Source: Staphylothermus hellenicus DSM 12710 (GTDB lineage: Archaea > Thermoproteota > Thermoprotei_A > Sulfolobales > Desulfurococcaceae). From it: DNA of 32,000 bases. The stretch is from positions 1,380,001-1,412,000 of the forward strand of contig NC_014205.1 in NCBI RefSeq assembly GCF_000092465.1, given 5' to 3'. Positions 25,638 to 32,000 of this stretch are shown here, in pieces. Position numbers and translations under genes: made by a program. Position 1 is the stretch's first letter; each line of letters starts with the position of its first letter. The notes under the pieces were generated by a model. It was given only the letters and a program-made list of their open reading frames with translations. It searched no databases and was not told the DNA's origin.

Positions 25638-25750
25638 ATGGGCCCGCGGGGATTTGAACCCCGGGTCACGGGGAGTTCCGCCCCATATTCAGCGGCTGCT
25701 TTTATAGGGGTCCCGAACCCCGCATCCTAGTCCAGGCTAGACGACGGGCC
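25638..25750 (-). tRNA. tRNA-Pro (anticodon CGG) with a 37-nt intron; no encoded CCA
   Basis: Hand-folded: acceptor GGGCCCG/CGGGCCC with A73; D arm GUCU/GGAU; anticodon stem CGGGG/CCCCG; loop UU-CGG-G; T arm CGGGG-UUCAAAU-CCCCG. 113 nt with the intron, 76 nt without it. Confidence 0.9.
25674..25710 (-). other. tRNA intron at the canonical 37/38 position, flanked by a bulge-helix-bulge (BHB) motif
   Basis: After the anticodon stem there is a 4-bp central helix (UUCG/CGGA, including one G-U pair). It is flanked by the 3-nt bulges GGA (5' side) and ACU (3' side). An outer helix CCCC/GGGG completes the motif. Cleavage after the second bulge nucleotide gives a 37-nt intron. Confidence 0.7.
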
Positions 25751-25826
25751 CATTCATATTTTGTTGTCTAAGTGTAAGTCTTATTATTTTTTCTCAAATT
25801 AGTTCATAAATGTTCTATTTAGTGGT

Positions 25827-26900
25827 TTAGTTGTTTTTCAGAATTTTCGGTAAGTTTTCTCTATAGGGTGGCTTAACAACTCCTTTCTCTGTTATTATTG
25901 CTGTTACAAGATCTGGATCTGTTATGTCAAATGCATAATTCAACGCTGGTACATCAGGTAATGTAATAGGTTTTCCGAGAACTTTACGGACTTCGTCAGG
26001 GTTTCTCTCCTCTATCACGATATCGTTTATTGTGGATTCTAAATCTATAGTGCTTGTTGGAGCAGCAACATAGAAGGGTATTCCTTTTCTCTTTGCAGCT
26101 AATGCTATCATGTATGTACCTATTTTGTTAACAACGTATCCCTCGCTTGTTATTCTATCAGCACCAACTATTACAAGATCAACTAGTCCCTTCCTAATAA
26201 CGTAGCCTGCCATATTATCGGTTATAAGAGTAACAGGTATTCCCTCCTTTACAAGCTCCCAAACAGTAAGCCTAGCACCTTGCAAAACAGGCCTAGTCTC
26301 TGTAGCTATGACCTTTATTTTTTTACCCTTATACCATGCAACCCTCATAATACCCTCAGCTGTTCCAAAAGCAGCTGTTGCTAAAGCACCTGCATTACAA
26401 TGCGTTAAAATAGTGGAGTTGTCGGGGACAAGTTCTGCACCATATTCTCCGAGTCCTATATTTGCACGAATATCCTCATCCATTATATGTTTTGCTTCAT
26501 TCTCAAGAATTTGGACGACTTCATCAATGCTAACTCCCTTCTCTACAGCTTCATGAAGTTTTTTACGCATTCTACGGAGAGCCCAGAATAGATTATGTGC
26601 TGTTGGCCTAGTATTCCATAAGATATTAATAGCTGAATCAACTTCTCTATAGAAACTATCTATATCTCTCGTTTTCACCTTGTTAGCATATGAAGCAACA
26701 GCTAATGCGGCAGCTACCCCTATTGCGGGTGCACCACGGATCTCCATTTCGATAATTGCTTTAGCTACTCTTCCAGGATCACTACTACAAATTATTTCTT
26801 CTTTAAATGGCAACTCCTTTGTATTGATCCAGCAGATGCTTTTATCCTCTTCTCTCCACCAGACAGCTCTAATCTTTATAGGGTAAGGATAACTACTCAT
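25827..26900 (-). CDS. mtnA: methylthioribose-1-phosphate isomerase / aIF-2BI (eIF-2B alpha/beta/delta family)
   Basis: IRGAPAIGVAAALA, RPTAHNLFWAL, THCNAGALATAAFGTAEG and VGADRI motifs; ~357 aa with the MtnA-type N-terminal extension. Confidence 0.88.
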   Translation of the reverse strand: MSSYPYPIKIRAVWWREEDKSICWINTKELPFKEEIICSSDPGRVAKAIIEMEIRGAPAIGVAAALAVASYANKVKTRDIDSFYREVDSAINILWNTRPTAHNLFWALRRMRKKLHEAVEKGVSIDEVVQILENEAKHIMDEDIRANIGLGEYGAELVPDNSTILTHCNAGALATAAFGTAEGIMRVAWYKGKKIKVIATETRPVLQGARLTVWELVKEGIPVTLITDNMAGYVIRKGLVDLVIVGADRITSEGYVVNKIGTYMIALAAKRKGIPFYVAAPTSTIDLESTINDIVIEERNPDEVRKVLGKPITLPDVPALNYAFDITDPDLVTAIITEKGVVKPPYRENLPKILKNN

Positions 26901-26984
26901 ATCATCTATCCTCCGACAAAATTTACATATATAATTGTATTAATTATAATTAATAATATTAAACAATATGCAGGTTGTTTACTC

Positions 26985-27596
26985 ATGGATCTGGAATCAG
27001 CTAAGATACTTGGTTTAGTAGGCGTTATATTAGAGCTTGTAGGATCACTAACTGGAGTTTCTGGATATGGTTCAATATTGTCGATTGTAGGCCTAGTCCT
27101 CTTACTAATAGCCGTCCATGAACTAGCCGAGATAAGCGGTGTTAAAGCAATTTTCGATAAGTATTTGATGGGAGTAATATTTGTGATAATAGGGGTTGTA
27201 ATAGTCATCATCATTATTATACCTCTAGGACTTATGGGTATTGGTGTGCCTGTATATATTCGAGGGAATGGATTCCCATCAACATCATTGCCTTCACTAC
27301 CCATCGCAGTAATTATAGCGGTAATTATAGCATTTATTATTATGTATATATTCCTGCTACTTGGATATATTAGGATAAGAGATAGCTATTACATGATAGC
27401 TGACACATTTAAACACAACATATTCCATACAGTGGGAACAATTTATTTCATAGGAGCAATACTAACAATAATCCTAGTCGGATTTATCATATTACTAATA
27501 GGCAATATAATAGAATTAGTTGCTTGGGCCACACTACCAACACAAAGGGTAGGTGTATTCGAGGAAACAACTAAACGTGAAGCACCCATTATATAA
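26985..27596 (+). CDS. polytopic membrane protein (possibly DUF996-like)
   Basis: About 5 hydrophobic helices. The N-terminus MDLESAKILGLVGVILELVGSL resembles my recollection of archaeal DUF996 proteins. Preferred over the overlapping minus-strand ORF 26906-27304. Confidence 0.7.
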   Translation: MDLESAKILGLVGVILELVGSLTGVSGYGSILSIVGLVLLLIAVHELAEISGVKAIFDKYLMGVIFVIIGVVIVIIIIIPLGLMGIGVPVYIRGNGFPSTSLPSLPIAVIIAVIIAFIIMYIFLLLGYIRIRDSYYMIADTFKHNIFHTVGTIYFIGAILTIILVGFIILLIGNIIELVAWATLPTQRVGVFEETTKREAPII

Positions 27597-27683
27597 TATT
27601 GTGTAGCTATCATTATTAAGACATAAATGCTACAACATATAAGAATATATAAATACTTGTAAATATACGGGGAATATTTAGAG

Positions 27684-28205
27684 ATGAAATACAACTATAT
27701 AGTGTGGTTTGATCGATCTCGATGTATAGGTATGGTTAAAGACAAAAAGACCATTAATGATTTAGAGAAAAAATGGTATGGTAGGCTGGAAGGAGAAAAC
27801 TTGGTTTTAGATATTGTTGAGATAGCATATCTGCTTCTACAAGGTAGAATACGCCTAGCTATGGAAGGATTAGAAATAACAACGTATAATGAGTTTTTAG
27901 AGAAAAACTATAGTTGCCTAAAACAATTCTTTTGGCCAAAACTAGTTGTATATAAGGATCTGAGGGATCGGGGGAGAAAAGTAAGAGTTATAGATGATAA
28001 GAAGTTTCTGGTTAAAGATAAGCATGGTGATCTAAGACTAGTTGTTATATTAGAGGAAGGCTCAAAAAGACCAGTAGATACTATTATTAAAGATATTGAA
28101 ACAGCACATAGTAATAGCTTAGAACTCATTTATGCTATTGTTAGTTTGCAAGGAGATTTAACATATTATGAAGTTTCAAAAATAGAGCCGAGGAATGAGC
28201 GTTGA
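27684..28205 (+). CDS. endA: tRNA-splicing endonuclease (EndA) family subunit, probably the non-catalytic/structural type
   Basis: YGRLEGENLVLDIVEIAYLLLQGRIRL and LVVYKDLRDRGRKV match the conserved EndA N- and C-domain signatures. The C-terminal strand pattern LIYAIVSLQGDLTYYEVSKI also fits. The segment that normally carries the catalytic Tyr and Lys looks shortened or altered. Confidence 0.7.
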   Translation: MKYNYIVWFDRSRCIGMVKDKKTINDLEKKWYGRLEGENLVLDIVEIAYLLLQGRIRLAMEGLEITTYNEFLEKNYSCLKQFFWPKLVVYKDLRDRGRKVRVIDDKKFLVKDKHGDLRLVVILEEGSKRPVDTIIKDIETAHSNSLELIYAIVSLQGDLTYYEVSKIEPRNER

Positions 28206-29491
28206 AAAAAGAACTTATACAAACACCTAGAGGAGTAAGAGATCTAGTAGGAATAGATGCGCAGCTACATGAGTACTTAATTGATAAGTTCAGGAAAATA
28301 TCCATGTTAAACGGGTTTAAACCCATAAATACACCGGTAATCGAGTTCTTCAAATTATTCGAAGTTAAAAGCGGCGAAGAAATCAAGAAATCAATGTATG
28401 TATTCAAAGATAAAGCTGGAAGACTGCTAGCACTTAGGCCAGAAATAACTGCTAGCATTGTACGTGCATATCTTAAACATATGCAGGGATGGACTAAACC
28501 TATTAGATTATACTATGTTGGACAATGCTTTAGATACGAGGAACCGCAGAGAGGCCGCTACCGTGAATTCTGGCAAGCGGGTTTGGAAATAATTGGTGAT
28601 AAAAATATAAATGCTGATATCAGCGCCGCGTATACAGCTTCAAAATACCTTGAAGAAATCGGGATAAAGCATTATTATCTAGTAGGCAACGTAGCCATAT
28701 ACCGAGCTATTATGAGTAAATATAATTTACCGGTTGAAGAACAAGATCATGTGCTTCACCTAATCGATAAAAAAATAATTGATGAAGCACTACATTATTT
28801 AAAACAAAAGAATGAAGAACTATACGAAATCATAGAAAAATTATTGCAAACACCGCTGAACAAGTTAGAGGATTTCCTAGAACAATATAGGGAGATATTT
28901 GGAGAAAAATATGAACAGCTGAAAGAGGAGGTCAACAAACTAATTATTTTCATTAACAATTTAAAAGAAATAGGTTTCAACACCATATATGATCCTTCCC
29001 TAGTTAGGGGATTAGCATACTATACTGGGCTTATATTCGAGTACAAAGCCGCTAAGGGGTTAGATATAAGTATTGGTGGTGGAGGAAGATATGATGGATT
29101 AACAGAGATTTATGGTGGAACATATGAATACTCAACTGGATTAGCATTAGGACTAGATAGGATTATGCTAGTTATGAAAGAAATAAATTATAATCCGCCT
29201 AAGCCTATATCAGCATTAATTATTATTCTCGGCAATACACCCATAACAATAGGGTATAAGATACAGGAAAGATTATCATCTATAGGAATATCTTCATGGG
29301 TATTTACAACAAATAAACTAAGAAAAGCTCTAAGCATAGCTAATAAAGAAAACATGGATTTCGCGATTATTATTGGAGAAAAAGAATATAGAGAAGAAAA
29401 ACTATCCATAAAAGATCTGCAAGCCAAAGAGCAGATAACAATTAATAATAAGCTTCTCGAGGAAAAACTACTAGATCTATTATTGAAATAG
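28202..29491 (+). CDS. hisS: histidine--tRNA ligase
   Basis: TPRGVRDL, ALRPEITAS, CFRYEEPQRGRYREFWQ, RGLAYYTG and GGGRYD motifs. TTG start overlaps the EndA-like stop (TTGA). Confidence 0.95.
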   Translation: MKKELIQTPRGVRDLVGIDAQLHEYLIDKFRKISMLNGFKPINTPVIEFFKLFEVKSGEEIKKSMYVFKDKAGRLLALRPEITASIVRAYLKHMQGWTKPIRLYYVGQCFRYEEPQRGRYREFWQAGLEIIGDKNINADISAAYTASKYLEEIGIKHYYLVGNVAIYRAIMSKYNLPVEEQDHVLHLIDKKIIDEALHYLKQKNEELYEIIEKLLQTPLNKLEDFLEQYREIFGEKYEQLKEEVNKLIIFINNLKEIGFNTIYDPSLVRGLAYYTGLIFEYKAAKGLDISIGGGGRYDGLTEIYGGTYEYSTGLALGLDRIMLVMKEINYNPPKPISALIIILGNTPITIGYKIQERLSSIGISSWVFTTNKLRKALSIANKENMDFAIIIGEKEYREEKLSIKDLQAKEQITINNKLLEEKLLDLLLK

Positions 29492-29590
29492 AAATAAACA
29501 AGTATACAAAATAATATCAATAATAACCCCTAAAGACATTATATAATAATAACAACGCATATTTCGTACTCTTTAGGAGGTGAAATATTC

Positions 29591-31042
29591 TTGAGCCATA
29601 ATGTTAGGCTTGAAAAAATAGGGGAATATGAGTGGCGTATACCTAAAGGGTTTAAAAAATGTATGAAGACTGATGCAATAATCTTTGCTGATGAGTACCT
29701 GTTAGAAAAGATGAGATCTGATCTCACGCTTGTTCAAGCAGCAAATGTCGCTTGCCTACCTGGTATACAGTTAAACATGTATGTAATGCCAGATGGCCAT
29801 CAAGGCTATGGGTTCCCCATAGGTGGAGTAGCGGGGTTCGATGCTGAAACAGGAGTTATTAGTCCGGGAGGAGTAGGTTATGATATAAACTGTGGAGTAA
29901 GAGTTCTCCGTACTGATCTTGACGAAGAAGATGTAAGACCTAGATTAAAAGAACTAGTAAATACCCTCTTCAGAAACGTTCCAAGCGGTGTTGGTGCAAC
30001 TGGTAAACTCAGATTAAGCTTTGCCCAGTTAGATGAGGTATTAAACCGTGGAGTAGAATGGGCTGTGGAAAATGGGTTCGGCTGGCCGGAAGACATGGAA
30101 CATATAGAGGAGCGGGGAAGCTGGAAAATCGCAGATGCAGGCAAAGTTAGTAGAAGAGCTAAGCGGAGAGGACATAACCAACTCGGCACTCTAGGCGCAG
30201 GAAACCATTTCTTAGAAGTACAAGTGGTAGATAAAATATATGATCCCGAAGCAGCTAAGGCTATGGGAATAACTCATGAAGGACAAGTTACAGTAATGAT
30301 TCATACAGGCAGTCGTGGATTAGGGCATCAAGTAGCAAGTGATTACTTGTTAATAATGGAGAGAGCAATGCGAAAATACGGTATAAGACCTCCGGACAGA
30401 GAATTAGCAAGCTTACCGTTCAAAACACCGGAAGCACAAGAATATTTTAAAGCTATGGCTGCTGCTGCAAACTTTGCATGGACAAATAGACAAATAATAA
30501 TGCATTGGACACGTGAAAGCTTTAAACAAGTATTCCATAGGGATCCAGAAGATCTTGGAATGAAGCTAATATATGATGTAGCACACAATATTGCAAAAAT
30601 AGAAGAGCACATAGTAGATGGTAAAAAATACAAAGTTGTAGTTCATCGTAAAGGAGCTACAAGAGCATTCCCGCCGGGACACCCCGAAATACCAAAAGAT
30701 TATCAAAGCATAGGGCAACCCGTACTAATTCCTGGAAGCATGGGAACAGCAAGCTATATCCTAGTTGGTACAAAGAAAGGAGTTAGAACATGGCATAGTG
30801 CACCACATGGTGCAGGGAGATGGATGAGCCGTGGAGCAGCTATTAGGACATATCGTCCTGAACGAGTAGTGGAAGAATTATCGAGAAAAGGCATTATGTT
30901 ACGAGCAGCGACGAGGAGAGTTATAAGCGAAGAAGCCCCAGGTGCTTATAAAGATGTTGATAGAGTAGTGCTTGTAGCCCATAAAGTGGGCATAGGTAAA
31001 CTAGTTGTTAGGCTGAGGCCTATGGGGGTTGTAAAGGGCTAG
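29591..31042 (+). CDS. rtcB: RNA-splicing ligase RtcB
   Basis: MPDGHQGYGFPIGGV, GGVGYDINCGVR, LGAGNHFLEVQ, HTGSRGLGHQV and PHGAGR motifs. AGGAGGTGA SD upstream of the TTG start. 483 aa, no intein-sized insertion. Confidence 0.96.
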   Translation: MSHNVRLEKIGEYEWRIPKGFKKCMKTDAIIFADEYLLEKMRSDLTLVQAANVACLPGIQLNMYVMPDGHQGYGFPIGGVAGFDAETGVISPGGVGYDINCGVRVLRTDLDEEDVRPRLKELVNTLFRNVPSGVGATGKLRLSFAQLDEVLNRGVEWAVENGFGWPEDMEHIEERGSWKIADAGKVSRRAKRRGHNQLGTLGAGNHFLEVQVVDKIYDPEAAKAMGITHEGQVTVMIHTGSRGLGHQVASDYLLIMERAMRKYGIRPPDRELASLPFKTPEAQEYFKAMAAAANFAWTNRQIIMHWTRESFKQVFHRDPEDLGMKLIYDVAHNIAKIEEHIVDGKKYKVVVHRKGATRAFPPGHPEIPKDYQSIGQPVLIPGSMGTASYILVGTKKGVRTWHSAPHGAGRWMSRGAAIRTYRPERVVEELSRKGIMLRAATRRVISEEAPGAYKDVDRVVLVAHKVGIGKLVVRLRPMGVVKG

Positions 31043-31055
31043 GAAAATATGTTTG

Positions 31056-31961
31056 TTATAACAGTAGCATTATTGTTAAAAACATTATAGCATACATTAA
31101 AACTGATCTAAACCAATATCCTTTATCAATCATGGATGCGATAATTAGGGATTCAAAAACAGCAACATAAGTCATTTTCTTAATGAATGCTTGGTTAATT
31201 CCTTGATAAATAATCGATGAATCCATACTTAACATTGTATTCATGAAAACTATTACAACTAAAGGTAATGTTAGAATATATATGTAGTATATTTTGCTTC
31301 TCTCACTAAGACTCTTCCTTAAACCTCTAATATGATCTAGAATATTAATAATGTATCCAATATGTCTATAATGACTCTTACTATACTCTATAGGAGTGAG
31401 CAGTAATGAAAAAACTTTTCTTGACAATTGTGAAAAATTAACAGCATTAACGATCTCACTAGGTTTAGCACCCATTTTAAGCAGGTCAATCATCTTGGTG
31501 AAGGGGCCGTTGTGCCTATTAATTATCTTAATTAATGCACTATCAATAGGCATACCAATCCTAGACTCACCATAAACTTCTTCAAGCAAAACCATTGTTT
31601 GTGAATCGATCTCTTCAAAAATTCTATGTTTAAAATACAGGAATAAACCGGCCAGTATAACAATTATTACATGAATAACCATAAAGCTTTGAATAAAAAG
31701 CAGAGTAATTGGTGTTAAAACTATTAATGCAGTGGTTAAGACAACATAAAAAGTAGACATGTAATAATATGTTAGCTCCAACAACTTATAGGTTAACACA
31801 TATGAAAAAAGAGACAATACCATAATAACGAATACCACCAGCTCTATTGGCAACCCACCTAAAGGAATTAAAGAGTAAACAAGTATTCCAAGAAGAATTA
31901 TTAGAAATCCTTCAAACAACATATCAATAAAAGATACAATATTATTGATTCGCGTTTTCAA
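31056..31961 (-). CDS. polytopic membrane protein, possible TadC/FlaJ-type (T2SS-F domain) pilus-assembly platform; the N-terminus may extend beyond the window
   Basis: Multiple TM helices flank a soluble helical segment (MVLLEEVYGESRIGMPIDSALIKIINRHNGPFTKMIDLLKMGAKPSEI) that resembles T2SS-F domains. The reading frame stays open upstream of the TTG at 31961 all the way to position 32000. A GAGGAG motif 9 nt upstream is also compatible with a start at the TTG. Confidence 0.55.
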   Translation of the reverse strand: MKTRINNIVSFIDMLFEGFLIILLGILVYSLIPLGGLPIELVVFVIMVLSLFSYVLTYKLLELTYYYMSTFYVVLTTALIVLTPITLLFIQSFMVIHVIIVILAGLFLYFKHRIFEEIDSQTMVLLEEVYGESRIGMPIDSALIKIINRHNGPFTKMIDLLKMGAKPSEIVNAVNFSQLSRKVFSLLLTPIEYSKSHYRHIGYIINILDHIRGLRKSLSERSKIYYIYILTLPLVVIVFMNTMLSMDSSIIYQGINQAFIKKMTYVAVFESLIIASMIDKGYWFRSVLMYAIMFLTIMLLL

Positions 31962-32000
31962 AACACTGAACTCCTCTTTTATGAAGGAATCAATATAGGA

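Noticed and set aside
26906-27304. 132-aa minus-strand ORF overlapping the membrane-protein gene
   Set aside because: It is antisense to a coherent multi-TM ORF. Its sequence is Pro/Thr/Ile-rich, shadow-like and without motifs.
28141-29520. Minus-strand ORFs 28141-28458, 28795-28986 and 29188-29520 inside hisS
   Set aside because: They are antisense shadows of a clearly identified histidyl-tRNA synthetase gene.
29591-31042. Checked RtcB for an intein or insertion
   Set aside because: The ORF is continuous at 483 aa with all conserved blocks at normal spacing, leaving no room for an intein.
1-32000. Scan for CRISPR arrays, rRNA genes and long direct or inverted repeats
   Set aside because: By eye I found no regularly spaced repeats, no rRNA-like segments and no long duplicated stretches. 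The search was visual, so short or degenerate repeats could have been missed.

Overview
AT-rich archaeal chromosomal segment. Crenarchaeota/TACK is inferred from an Elf1 homolog, Sec61-beta, a PCNA paralog, an EndA-like splicing-endonuclease subunit, an intron-containing tRNA and pervasive GGTGA-type Shine-Dalgarno motifs. Genes are tightly packed, with many 4-nt start/stop overlaps and frequent TTG/GTG starts. Housekeeping content: a partial ribosomal-protein operon (small ORF, SPOUT/DUF171 methyltransferase, L3, L4, L23, L2) at 1990-6020 (-); PCNA; a four-subunit 2-oxoacid:ferredoxin oxidoreductase (gamma-delta-alpha-beta); GNAT, Sec61-beta, MazG-like, GGGP synthase, Elf1, SWIM protein, RpiA, tRNA-Pro(CGG) with a 37-nt intron, MtnA/aIF-2BI, EndA-like subunit, HisRS and RtcB. 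The unusual part is 6.1-17.1 kb. It holds a compact four-gene operon (88-aa helical-hairpin protein, 458-aa polytopic membrane protein, an unlisted 56-aa 2-TM ORF, 556-aa VirB4-like ATPase) that looks like a Ced/T4SS-type DNA-transfer apparatus. This is followed by a PUA-like/PP-loop/2x[4Fe-4S] fusion protein and a 933-aa Lhr-type helicase. Divergent from the helicase is a second ATPase, HerA/FtsK-type and fused to a ~230-aa polytopic membrane domain, translationally coupled to an 89-aa protein with a poly-lysine tail. No CRISPR array, integrase, transposase or rRNA was seen. All functional calls rest on motif recognition by eye; no database search was possible.
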